A stretch of DNA of 64,000 bases from Thermodesulfobacteriota bacterium. Its GTDB lineage: Bacteria; Desulfobacterota; Desulfobacteria; Desulfobacterales; SURF-7. Positions 11,738 through 20,818 of this stretch are shown here, piece by piece; position 1 is the stretch's first letter, and every line of letters starts with the position of its first letter. The stretch covers positions 32,001 to 96,000 of the forward strand of contig JBMORA010000017.1 of NCBI GenBank assembly GCA_049320885.1, read 5' to 3'. Made by a program: the position numbers and the translations under genes. Below the pieces are notes generated by a model. That model did no database searches and had not been told where the DNA came from. It worked only from the letters and a program-made list of their open reading frames with translations.

Positions 11738-12107
11738 CGCACCTCAAAAAACCGTTACGGATCTCAAAAAATGATTACCAATGGCCATTATTTTATAAAT
11801 ATAATTATATTGGTAGCAATTTTCAAGAGAATTGTTTGTGAGTGGGTGGAATGCGGCCCCCAATGGGGGTGATCCTTAAAAAGCGTGTTTGTCTCTTAAA
11901 ATACGATTACAAATAGGCATTGTTCAAGAGAATCAGTTACCAAAGCGGTCAGGATACCGGTGGACGATGCACAGCCTTACGTGTTAAGGGCTCTTTTTTT
12001 ATTTCGACTGAAACGTGTTGAAATCAAGGCGGGTTTCCAGTAAGGAAAACGATATCCAGTGACAGCGGCAACCGAGCAACGAACCCCATCAGCGAAAGGA
12101 AAGCGGC

Positions 12108-12812
12108 ATGACGAAATCCATTGCAAGCAACCTGACCACCTCCGGTATCATTCTGATTTGTATACTGGCCTGGGCTGCGGTATCCCGGGCCGAATCCGAC
12201 CTGGAAAAGAACATGGCGGTGCAGGTCATGCTGGGGGCGACCAAATACGACGGCCTGGTCTTCGAGGAGCAGAGCGCCCAGGACCCCGCGACAACGGCCG
12301 AGGCGGAATTCACCTGGCTTCCGCTCATCGGCCTCAGCGGCCAGCTGCCGATCCTGAGAAATCGCATGGATTTCGGCCTGGAGGGCGGTCTCATGGGCGG
12401 CTGGAAACGCGACAGCACCTACGCTCACGGCCAGAATGGAAACGTCACCGTGTATTTCAAGAATTCCCTGTGGCTGGTGGATTTGTCCATGGGGCCGTAT
12501 CTCAGCGTGAACGTGAAGGACAAGGTCCGGCTCTACGGCGCCTGCGGCCCCATGCTCATGGGCGGTTCCTATACCCTGGAAGCCGAGGAAACCGACAGCG
12601 TGGAAGAGTACATCGAGGCCCGCAGCGATTCGGACTCGGTATTCGGTCCGGGGTTTTACGGACGGGCCGGGGTTGAATTCCGGCTGCCGGACAATTCCCT
12701 GATGGGTTTCGGCGTTCGCGTGTACACCGTGCAACTGGATTTCGGCAATATCGCCGGCACCCAGGATGTGAAAGCCGTCCAGTTCATGCTGACCTACACA
12801 ATAGGCGCCTGA
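12108..12812 (+). CDS. Outer membrane beta-barrel protein
   Basis: Signal peptide; strands FGLEGG, YGACGP, GFYGRAGVEF. Confidence 0.65.
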   Translation: MTKSIASNLTTSGIILICILAWAAVSRAESDLEKNMAVQVMLGATKYDGLVFEEQSAQDPATTAEAEFTWLPLIGLSGQLPILRNRMDFGLEGGLMGGWKRDSTYAHGQNGNVTVYFKNSLWLVDLSMGPYLSVNVKDKVRLYGACGPMLMGGSYTLEAEETDSVEEYIEARSDSDSVFGPGFYGRAGVEFRLPDNSLMGFGVRVYTVQLDFGNIAGTQDVKAVQFMLTYTIGA

Positions 12813-12883
12813 CCTGCGGGAAACGCATGGGCGGAAAATCCAATAACGCACCGGAGGGTGCAAGAAAAATGCGAGGGGCGACT

Positions 12884-13711
12884 ATGAACATGCGACGAAG
12901 GGCAGTTGTCATCCGGGCCATGACCGTCTTCATGGCCGGAGCGTTGTTATCGGCATGGGGCTGCGGGGCTGTTCAGAAATCCCGGGCGCCGCAGGAAACC
13001 GCCGGGCAGGAAATCCGGGGGCCCATCCGGGCGGGCATCACGCCCACTTATCCCCCCGTGATTTTCCTGGAAAACGGCAAGGTTTCCGGTATCGAGGCGG
13101 ATCTGGCCGAGGCCTTGAGCGCGGAACTGAAAACGCCGGTGGTGTTTGTGGAAAAGCCGTTCCCGGAATTGATCAGCTCCCTGGTCAGGGGGGAAATTGA
13201 CATGATCATGTCCGGCATGTCCGTGACGGCCAAGCGGGAAGCCCTGGTCCGGTTCGTCCGGCCGTATATGCATGTGGGCCAGATGGCCATTATCCGCAAG
13301 GAAGACCGGCAGCGGTTCGCCCAGCCGAAAGAAGCGATCTATGTGAATGGCTTGCGGGTGGGATACCAGAGCGGCACCACCGGCATGGCCTTCGCCGTGG
13401 AGAAATTGCTGCTGGCCGAGCTGGTGAAATTCGATTCGGCCGAATTCGGCCTTACGGCCCTCCGTGACGGCGGTATCGAAGTCTTTATCCATGATTCCCC
13501 CACGGCCTGGCGAATTCCCGCCAATGCGGCCTATTCCGATCTCATGGCGTTGACGGCTCCCCTGACCCGGGAACCGCTTGCCTGGGCCGTCCGCAAGGAC
13601 GACAAAGCCCTTGCCGACCGATTGAACGCCGTGCTGGACGCCTGGAAAAAGAACGGGCGGCTGGATGCCATCATCGGCCGCTGGGTGCCGGTTTCGCTGC
13701 AGATGAAATAA
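12884..13711 (+). CDS. Polar amino acid-type substrate-binding lipoprotein (SBP family 3)
   Basis: Lipobox AWGC; YPP, GIEADLA, IDMIMSGMSVTAKR, LDAIIGRW. Confidence 0.85.
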   Translation: MNMRRRAVVIRAMTVFMAGALLSAWGCGAVQKSRAPQETAGQEIRGPIRAGITPTYPPVIFLENGKVSGIEADLAEALSAELKTPVVFVEKPFPELISSLVRGEIDMIMSGMSVTAKREALVRFVRPYMHVGQMAIIRKEDRQRFAQPKEAIYVNGLRVGYQSGTTGMAFAVEKLLLAELVKFDSAEFGLTALRDGGIEVFIHDSPTAWRIPANAAYSDLMALTAPLTREPLAWAVRKDDKALADRLNAVLDAWKKNGRLDAIIGRWVPVSLQMK

Positions 13712-13730
13712 GCAGCCGATAAGGGTTCCG

Positions 13731-16154
13731 ATGATGAAACGCCGCCGCAATTTGCTTTTTCAGGCCCTGTTTTGGATGGGTTGTTTCGCCGCCACCGGTG
13801 TCGCGGCTGCGGCCGCCGGAAGCGCCGCCGCCGTCAGCGGAGCGCTGATCCCGGACGGGGACGCGGTCCTGGAACTGCCGGAAAACGCCGCGCCGGAACA
13901 GGTGGAGAGAATCCTGGCCGGACTCAGTGACGAACAGGCCCGGCGGCTGCTCCTTGCGGAGCTGCGGAAGGCGACCGACCCGCGCCGGGAGATCGGCCGG
14001 CCGGAAGACACCGGAGGTGGCTCCTATCTGGATCGCATGGAAGGCGCCACGGATCGGATTCGGCGCCGGCTGAAGGAGTTTGTCGCCCATATCCCGCATC
14101 TGCCGAAGGAGCTCGAACAGGCATGGGCGCGTCTGACGGAAGGCGCCGGGTTACCGCGATTCGCAAGTCTGCTGCTGACCGCCATGGTTGCCGTGGCCGC
14201 CGGACTGGGGCTGGAAGCCATCATTTTCCGGAAGGTCTTGCATCATCGCCGGCGCTTCGTTTCCGGTCCGCGGCCCGGCGGATGGCAGAAAATGAGCGTC
14301 CATGGGTTATACGGCCTTTTCGATTTCATGGGTGTCCTGTTGTTCGCCCTGGCGGCATTGCTGGTTTTTCTGGTATTGCCCGGTTCCCGGGTCGCATCCG
14401 CCCGGCTGGTTTTCTTCGGTTTGCTGATCCCCCTGCTGGCCGGCCGGTTCGCGGCCGCTCTTGCCCGCATCTGGTGCTCCCCCGGCCACCCTGAATTACG
14501 TTTTTTGGACATGGACGACGTCACGGCGCGGAATCTGCACCGCTACATCATCGGATTCACTGCTTACACCGCCATGGCCCACACCCTGCATGCCGTTCTG
14601 AATATCCTGGCAGTGCATAAAGATACAAGCGAATTTGTCGTGCTGATCCTGGGGACCGCATTGCTTTTCACCCTTGGCCTGGTGATCGGACATCATCGAG
14701 CCGGCATCACCTCCGCCCTGTTTCCGGAGAGAAGTTCCGGCACGGAAGGAGTTTCGTGGATCCGGCAGCAGCTGGCGGCTGTCTGGCCCTGGCTGACCTA
14801 TGGATATCTGTTTCTGATCTGGCTGCTGGGGATGAACAAATTGATCATTCTGGAGACCCGCGCCAGGGGGGCCTTTTTGATCAGCCTTCTGATCGGCCCC
14901 ATCTATCTGGTATTGGACCAGGCGAGCCAATGGCTGGTCAAGACCACCATCGGCTCGCTGAAACCTGCCGGGGAGGGTGTTCAGCCGCCGCCGTTGGCCG
15001 GGGCGATGACGCCGGCGCCATACGCGGCAGGGGAACCGGAAACCCGCTATGCCCGCAAGGCTTCCATGGCGGTGCGGGTGATTCTCGTCATTTCCCTGGT
15101 TTTTTGGTTGCTGCAACTCTGGGACATGCGGATACCCTTTGGCGCAGCCCTGGTGCGGGCGGCTTTCAATATCTTTGTTACCTTGATATTGGCCCATGTC
15201 GTCTGGGTGGCCGCCGGGCGTTTCATCAACGAGAAGCTCATGGAAAGCGCGCCTCCGGAAACGGATAAAGCCGATTCGGACGTGGATGAGTGGGGCGCCG
15301 CCTCCGCGGCTGACCGCCGCCATACCCTCCTGCCGTTGCTGAAAAAAATTCTGGGCTCCACCATCGTGGTCATTGTTTCCTTGATTGTCCTGTCGTCCAT
15401 CGGCGTGGACATCGGTCCCCTTCTGGCGGGCGCCGGCGTCGTGGGCCTGGCCGTCGGTTTCGGGGCCCAGAAACTGGTCAGCGACGTGCTGTCCGGGGTA
15501 TTCTATCTGCTGGACGATGCCTTCCGCATCGGTGAATACATCGAAGCCGGAGCTGTTTCCGGGGTGGTGGAACAGATCACCCTGCGCAACGTCATGCTGC
15601 GGCATCACCGGGGCATGTTGCAGATCATTCCCTTCAGCGACCTGGGTTCGGTGACCAATTTCATGCGCGGGGGCATCGTGGTCAAATTCGATATCGAACT
15701 GCCCTATGACACGGATATCGAGCAGGTCCGGAAAATCATCAAGAAAGTCGGCGCCGCCATGCAGGAAGACCCGGAAATGGGGCCGGATTTCATCAGGCCG
15801 TTGAAATCCCAGGGGGTCAGGAGCGTGGGGGATTCGGTCATGACCTTCCGGCTGAAATTCACGGCCAAACCCGGCAAGCATTTCATCATCCGCCGGGAGG
15901 CGTTTCGGCGGATCACCGAGGCCCTGGCCAAGAAGGGCATCCATTACGCGCATCGGAAAGTGATCGTGGATTTGCCCGAAGCCCTGAAAGCCGATGGACA
16001 GAAACGGGAAAACGGAAGCAGCCGGACGGATGCCGAAGCCGGTTCCGGCGGTCAGACCCTGACCGCCGCGGGCGCAGCCGCCATTCAAACCATCCTGGCC
16101 GGGGAAAAGAAAGCGTCAGCGGAGAAATCGGACCCCGGTTCCGGCGATTTTTGA
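13731..16154 (+). CDS. Large MscS-family mechanosensitive channel
   Basis: Many TM helices; PLLAGAGVVGLAVGFGAQKLVSD..SG..FRIGEYI motif. Confidence 0.9.
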   Translation: MMKRRRNLLFQALFWMGCFAATGVAAAAAGSAAAVSGALIPDGDAVLELPENAAPEQVERILAGLSDEQARRLLLAELRKATDPRREIGRPEDTGGGSYLDRMEGATDRIRRRLKEFVAHIPHLPKELEQAWARLTEGAGLPRFASLLLTAMVAVAAGLGLEAIIFRKVLHHRRRFVSGPRPGGWQKMSVHGLYGLFDFMGVLLFALAALLVFLVLPGSRVASARLVFFGLLIPLLAGRFAAALARIWCSPGHPELRFLDMDDVTARNLHRYIIGFTAYTAMAHTLHAVLNILAVHKDTSEFVVLILGTALLFTLGLVIGHHRAGITSALFPERSSGTEGVSWIRQQLAAVWPWLTYGYLFLIWLLGMNKLIILETRARGAFLISLLIGPIYLVLDQASQWLVKTTIGSLKPAGEGVQPPPLAGAMTPAPYAAGEPETRYARKASMAVRVILVISLVFWLLQLWDMRIPFGAALVRAAFNIFVTLILAHVVWVAAGRFINEKLMESAPPETDKADSDVDEWGAASAADRRHTLLPLLKKILGSTIVVIVSLIVLSSIGVDIGPLLAGAGVVGLAVGFGAQKLVSDVLSGVFYLLDDAFRIGEYIEAGAVSGVVEQITLRNVMLRHHRGMLQIIPFSDLGSVTNFMRGGIVVKFDIELPYDTDIEQVRKIIKKVGAAMQEDPEMGPDFIRPLKSQGVRSVGDSVMTFRLKFTAKPGKHFIIRREAFRRITEALAKKGIHYAHRKVIVDLPEALKADGQKRENGSSRTDAEAGSGGQTLTAAGAAAIQTILAGEKKASAEKSDPGSGDF

Positions 16155-16178
16155 AACGGGGGATTGGGGAGGAAACGA

Positions 16179-16769
16179 ATGCAAGCGATGGAACCCATGA
16201 AAAGACAATGCCGGCGGTCCTGGCGGATGGCATGGAGTTTCCGGTTGGCCGCGGCGATGCTGCTGCTGATGGGATGCGCCCCGGCGCAAAAGAACTGGTC
16301 CAGCGTCCCGGCCGTGCGGTCGCTGGAAACGCCGTGCATGACCGTCCGGTTGGAGCTTATAAAGGAGAATCAGGCGTTTTTCACCTGGTTTCAATTGGAA
16401 GTGGTCAATCGGTCCGACCGGGACATCGTGATCGACTGGAACCGGACCCGATACATCTATAACGGGAAAGCGGCCGGCGGGTTTGTGTTTTACGGCATGG
16501 ACCCCCGAACCGTCAAGGAACAAACCATCCCGGACGAGGTGGTCGCTCCGGGCCGGAGCCTCACCAAAAAAATCGCGCCCCTGAAACTGGTGGCCTTGGC
16601 CCCCATGCGCGACCGGAACATCGCCCCGGACCAGGGCGGCATCAGCCCGGGGATCGTTCCGGCCGGCATCAACGGCCTGCGTCTTGCGGCAGCCTGCGGG
16701 GGAAAACCCGTCCGGAAAGAGATTGCGGTGACGGTTTCGGATGGTCAGCGGCCGGACCCGGCTCCGTAA
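16179..16769 (+). CDS. Hypothetical lipoprotein
   Basis: RBS GGAGG; lipobox LLMGC. Confidence 0.6.
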   Translation: MQAMEPMKRQCRRSWRMAWSFRLAAAMLLLMGCAPAQKNWSSVPAVRSLETPCMTVRLELIKENQAFFTWFQLEVVNRSDRDIVIDWNRTRYIYNGKAAGGFVFYGMDPRTVKEQTIPDEVVAPGRSLTKKIAPLKLVALAPMRDRNIAPDQGGISPGIVPAGINGLRLAAACGGKPVRKEIAVTVSDGQRPDPAP

Positions 16770-16898
16770 TGTCGACCCGCTCTGGAAAAACATGAGGTTA
16801 TATCAAAACGATCATATCGCGGTAACATGCCCGGTACGGACGGCCTTTCGCCTTGTTTTTCATCACAGCCGATAATATGTTCGATGAATTGAAAAACT

Positions 16899-17324
16899 AT
16901 GAATATCTCCTTCAAATACGGTATTGAAAATATTGATTGGGTGGCATTGTGCGAAATATTCAGGCTTGCGCCCCTCGGCACTCGTGAACCTGATAAATTG
17001 AAGATTGCGGCAGGAAATAGTCACACGGTCTGTTCAGCATATGTTGATCAGAAAATCATTGGTTTTGGACGCGCAATATCAGATAGCCAATATCAATCAG
17101 CCATCTATGATGTAGTCGTATTGCCAGAGTTTCAGAATCAAGGCGTTGGCAAATTAATCATGAAAGCACTTTTAGAGAAGTTACCGAAGAGTGGCCCCGT
17201 GTTGATATACGTTGCACCCGGAAAACAAGATTTTTATCGCAAATTTGGGTTTGGTAACTTAAAAACGGGCATGGGTTTATTCCCAAATCCTGAGATGTCC
17301 AGAGCAAAAGGATATCTGGAATAA
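16899..17324 (+). CDS. GNAT family N-acetyltransferase (integron-cassette-like)
   Basis: IYDVVVLPEFQNQGVGK acetyl-CoA motif and FYRKFGF; AT-rich; followed directly by an attC-like site. Confidence 0.9.
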   Translation: MNISFKYGIENIDWVALCEIFRLAPLGTREPDKLKIAAGNSHTVCSAYVDQKIIGFGRAISDSQYQSAIYDVVVLPEFQNQGVGKLIMKALLEKLPKSGPVLIYVAPGKQDFYRKFGFGNLKTGMGLFPNPEMSRAKGYLE

Positions 17325-17330
17325 TGGAGC

Positions 17331-17401
17331 ATCGAACCATTTTCTGCACCTGACCGGTGTTCCGCTACGCTCCACAACGGCGGGTGAGAAATACGGTATG
17401 C
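17331..17401 (+). mobile_element. Degenerate integron attC site
   Basis: R'' ATCGAAC, 5 nt, L'' TCTGCACC ... L' GGTGAGA, 5 nt, R' GGTATGC (GTT changed to GGT). Folds as a hairpin with unpaired bases; the complementary GTTCGATG lies at 16879-16886 just before the GNAT gene. Confidence 0.75.
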
Positions 17402-17453
17402 CCCAGAAAAATAAACTTAACCCGCAAATTGTTATTATATGTTATTATATGTG

Positions 17454-17483
17454 TTGACATAATGATATATTATGTTATATATT
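17454..17483 (+). promoter_or_regulatory. Sigma70 promoter with overlapping palindromic operator (TA autoregulation)
   Basis: TTGACA at 17454-17459, AT-rich -10 region, inverted repeat ACATAAT-N5-ATTATGT at 17457-17475. Confidence 0.65.
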
Positions 17484-17487
17484 TTCG

Positions 17488-17554
17488 ATGAATGAAATCA
17501 TTAAAATTATAGAGATACAAGAGGTAAAAAAAACGAGATGAGCGTACGTACTGA
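17488..17554 (+). pseudogene. Collapsed RelE/HigB-type toxin (internal deletion plus frameshift)
   Basis: Reads MNEII-KIIEIQEVKK then, after one extra A in an A8 run, RDERTY*. These look like the two termini of a HigB/RelE-like toxin, overlapping the antitoxin start. Confidence 0.7.
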
Positions 17555-17882
17555 TCCTCAAATCATTTCACAAAACGGCAAACCCGCTTTTGCAGTCATT
17601 CCTTGGAGTGAATACCAGGCTCTAATTCATAAACAGGTCGAGCCTGATGAATCCGATGTCTGGTTTCCAAATGAGGTTGTAAAGGCCAATGTTCGAGGTG
17701 AAAGCCTGATCAAGGCATGGCGTGAATATTTCAAGCTTACCCAGGCAGAATTGGCCGCTAAAGCAGGAATGAAACAACCAGCCTTAGCAAGGATAGAAAG
17801 CGGTAATGCCAGCCCAAGAAAAACCACATTGTCAAAACTGGCAGAAGCAATGGGAATTAGTGTCGAGCAATTAATAGATTGA
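17538..17882 (+). CDS. HigA-like XRE HTH antitoxin
   Basis: N-terminal PQIISQNGKPAFAVIP; C-terminal HTH LTQAELAAKAGMKQPALARIESG. Confidence 0.85.
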   Translation: MSVRTDPQIISQNGKPAFAVIPWSEYQALIHKQVEPDESDVWFPNEVVKANVRGESLIKAWREYFKLTQAELAAKAGMKQPALARIESGNASPRKTTLSKLAEAMGISVEQLID

Positions 17883-17941
17883 CAACAACGGCATATCCGG
17901 TCACTGGCGATTTCGGTCGATATTCTTTTCATCTCGAATCG

Positions 17942-18541
17942 CTAAACCGATTTTGGGAAGAGTGAATCCATGATTACCTGGGCCTCATGGAGCCAGTGTT
18001 TTCTTTGCTCCTCTGTGCTGGTGACGACAATGCTGAACGTCCGGCGGTGGAAAGCATTGACACCGCAGAGACCGAAGATACAATTCTTCCAGATCGTTTC
18101 CAGCGGATCCCCGAAAACGTTTTTTTCTCTTTCCGGCTCCGTATTCGATGTATTCAACACAACGGCGGTCCTCGCCCGGAGCAGCCCATTGGGTGTGCCC
18201 TCACCGGAATCGCCTTCCAGAAACTCGTAGGCAATTCCGGGACGAATCACTCGATCGACCCAGCCTTTCAGTATGGCCGGCGGTTGCCCCCACCAGTTCG
18301 GGTGAATGATGACAATGCCATCGGCGGCCGCGATTTCCGCGCAATGGGACCTGATCAGTCGGGGTAGTGGTGCGTCCTTTGGAATCTCCGGCCCGGTAAG
18401 CAACGGATCGAAGTTTTCTCCATACAGATCATGAAAGAAAACGCTGTGCCCGTTCTTCTGGAGCTGTTCGACCGCGGTTCGCGCAAGCGCATGATTGAAA
18501 CTCCCGGGATCGGGATGGGCGAGGATAACGGATATTTTCAT
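17942..18541 (-). CDS. NAD(P)H:quinone oxidoreductase, flavodoxin-2 family
   Basis: ILAHP..SFNHAL, DLY..FDP, HPNWWGQPPAILKGWVDRV. Confidence 0.9.
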   Translation of the reverse strand: MKISVILAHPDPGSFNHALARTAVEQLQKNGHSVFFHDLYGENFDPLLTGPEIPKDAPLPRLIRSHCAEIAAADGIVIIHPNWWGQPPAILKGWVDRVIRPGIAYEFLEGDSGEGTPNGLLRARTAVVLNTSNTEPEREKNVFGDPLETIWKNCIFGLCGVNAFHRRTFSIVVTSTEEQRKHWLHEAQVIMDSLFPKSV

Positions 18542-19112
18542 GGGCACCAATTATTCGGGATCGTTGTTGACAAAATATACAACCATTCATGCCGGATCTC
18601 ATGGCTTTGGTGTTCGGGTTCAGAGGAAGGGCGGCCCATCATGAAAGTGCCGGGCGCGATATGGGTGAATTCCATGTTGATGGATTGACTGCAAATTCAT
18701 TCAGAAGTCGGCGACACTTTTTTTCCTTAGAGGCCACTTTTTACCCCCCCCAAAAGATAGCTCTAGAACTTTTTAGCCCCCAAAAAACCACTCTTTTATT
18801 ATTTTTTCAAGTTTTTACCTCTGTTCGACAAAAAATCCAAGACAAAAAATCCAAAATCTTTATAGAAATTTCGACTTACTTTTTTACGCTTTTTCTATCT
18901 TTCAAGAAAAAATTAATTTAATTTTGCGACTTCCTGCTTTATTATAGATTCAGGTGTCATTATGAAAGAGGAAAAAACTGTTTTGTCATTCGATTTTCCA
19001 GCCAAATTAAGAAAGGTAAGGATCAGGAAACGATAATTTCGTTTCTGGATGCGTTTATCAAGCGCAGAAAGTTTGAATGTGCATGGCTGAAGGCCGGTCA
19101 GGAGGTAACCCG

Positions 19113-19319
19113 ATGAGTACATTTACCGCTGTCGTTTACAAAGAAGACGATCTGTATGTAGCGCAATGCCCTGAGGTGGGGACGGCCAGTCAAGGCGAGA
19201 CCATCGAGGAGGCCGTGGAAAATCTTAAGGAAGCCACGGAGCTGTATCTGGAAGAGTTTCCCATGAAGCAAACCTGCCGCTCCATTCTGACCACCTTCGA
19301 GGTGCCGGTTCATGCCTGA
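19113..19319 (+). CDS. hicB: Short HicB-family antitoxin (no DNA-binding domain)
   Basis: YVAQCPEVGTASQGETIEEAVENLKEATELYLE; RBS GGAGG; overlaps hicA. Confidence 0.85.
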   Translation: MSTFTAVVYKEDDLYVAQCPEVGTASQGETIEEAVENLKEATELYLEEFPMKQTCRSILTTFEVPVHA

Positions 19320-19536
19320 GCTGCCGAGGATTTCTGGCGACGAAGCCATCAAGGTTTTCAAAAGGCTTGGTTTTTATGAGGCCCGTCAGAAAGGCAGCCA
19401 TGTCGTTATGCGCCGGCTTGATAAAGGCTGTGTGATTCCACGACACAAAAGCCTTGCAATTGGAACGCTCAGAAGCGCAATCAAGCAGGCCGGCATCACC
19501 GCTGACGATTTCATTTCCGCCTATGAAGGAAAGTAA
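19312..19536 (+). CDS. hicA: HicA-family toxin
   Basis: LGF..RQKGSHV..IPRH..GTLRSAIKQAGI. Confidence 0.9.
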   Translation: MPELPRISGDEAIKVFKRLGFYEARQKGSHVVMRRLDKGCVIPRHKSLAIGTLRSAIKQAGITADDFISAYEGK

Positions 19537-20030
19537 CAATCCGTATAAAACAATCGGTCAAACACGAACAAAAACAAAAAATGCGGCGCCGCTTGTCAAT
19601 TGAAAAGCCCCGCCCGTCATGCCGCCTGCGTTCTCTTACATAATCCGACCTCAATTATCCGACATTGCAAGCCGCTCCGCGGAAAGACGGCAACATCCGG
19701 TAATTCGGATTATATAATCGAAAGCAAGGATCACGCCGGGCCGGGACTACACTTGCGGTAAGCAGCTGTCTGATTTTGATCGCCGGCTTCTCCGCCGGCT
19801 GCGGGCACTCCGGGAGACTCCGCAGCGAGAAAAGTCGCTCCGTATTATTGGCCGCGGCCGGGGCGTCACGGACCATGCACAAAAGCAAAGCATGGCCCTC
19901 GCCGCCCCGCCGGCCCTGAGCCCAGATTAATACCTCAGGAAGCCGCTTTGATGAGGTGTGTTCCAACGTTCAAGAAATAGTTAAAAGATATCACGCAGGA
20001 TAGTGAGGGGGCAGCCCCGGGCAAGTAATA

Positions 20031-20444
20031 TCATCTCTTCGATAACGCCAAAAATTCGTCAGGGTCGCAGACGGTAAGCGAAGAACCGGCAAAGTCTTTT
20101 GGGTTTCTAGTGATAACAACATCAGCCCCAGCCATCAGACCGGACTCACTCAACACCGCATCCTCAAAATCCTGGATTTTGCTCACGAGCGCCCGTTCGA
20201 TAACCGGTCTGTTTACGGTGGCAATTTCAAACAGGCTGATGAGCCTGTGCAGGGCATTCCGAGCCGTTGATTTCGGAAGAGATTTTACGAGCAGGTAATC
20301 AATGGTGGTGACGGTCGTGGCACAAATGAGGGCCTCCATGCGAGATTCTTCGGCAAGGCTGAAAATCTTGGCGGCCGGTTTTACGAAAGGATCGCGATCC
20401 AACAGAACATCAAGCACAATGTTGGTATCGATGATCGCTCTCAA
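20031..20444 (-). CDS. PIN-domain (VapC-like) toxin
   Basis: IIDTNIVLD, DFEDA, ITRNPKDF; overlaps the upstream antitoxin stop. Confidence 0.9.
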   Translation of the reverse strand: MRAIIDTNIVLDVLLDRDPFVKPAAKIFSLAEESRMEALICATTVTTIDYLLVKSLPKSTARNALHRLISLFEIATVNRPVIERALVSKIQDFEDAVLSESGLMAGADVVITRNPKDFAGSSLTVCDPDEFLALSKR

Positions 20445-20680
20445 AGGTATTTCTCCCGCAGGCGGACCTTGTAATCCTCTTCGGAGATTTCCTTGCCCTT
20501 CAAAATACCGACAAGTGAAGCGGTGGTAGGGGGCAATTCTTTTTCCGCAGCCTGTTCCAGACCAATGGAATCGATAAACTCGGCCACCATGCGAGATACG
20601 GATTTGCCCCTGCGTTTTGCCTCGAACTTGGCCTTCCGCACAATGGATTCATCCATTCGTAATGTCAGTTTCGTATTCAT
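20441..20680 (-). CDS. Ribbon-helix-helix antitoxin (DUF6364-like)
   Basis: MNTKLTLRMD..AK..GKSVSRMV..SLVGIL..EKYL. Confidence 0.85.
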   Translation of the reverse strand: MNTKLTLRMDESIVRKAKFEAKRRGKSVSRMVAEFIDSIGLEQAAEKELPPTTASLVGILKGKEISEEDYKVRLREKYL

Positions 20681-20716
20681 GACGTATAATTTAATATCAT
20701 ATATACGTCAAGTCAA
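20680..20716 (-). promoter_or_regulatory. Operator/promoter of the PIN TA pair, probably leaderless
   Basis: Perfect 9-bp inverted repeat TGACGTATA-N13-TATACGTCA abutting the ATG; TTGACT/TTGACG -35 candidates; no RBS. Confidence 0.6.
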
Positions 20717-20818
20717 GGCTTTTCCGCGAACAACAACGGCAAACGCGATACGCGCGGTGGAAAAACGGTTCTGATGTGATGAAAATCAGTCACCGGTAAA
20801 CGCACAGACCCATGGCGA

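Noticed and set aside
11743..11945. CRISPR array
   Set aside because: Repeats are short, degenerate and irregularly spaced; no cas genes in the window.
19540..19615. Possible third attC after hicA
   Set aside because: An AAC-containing start is present but there is no convincing complementary arm or GTT end.
19655..19966. 103-aa ORF and GC-rich hairpin near 19855-19916 as a gene or ncRNA
   Set aside because: No RBS or motif, and the pairing is plausible by chance at this GC content.
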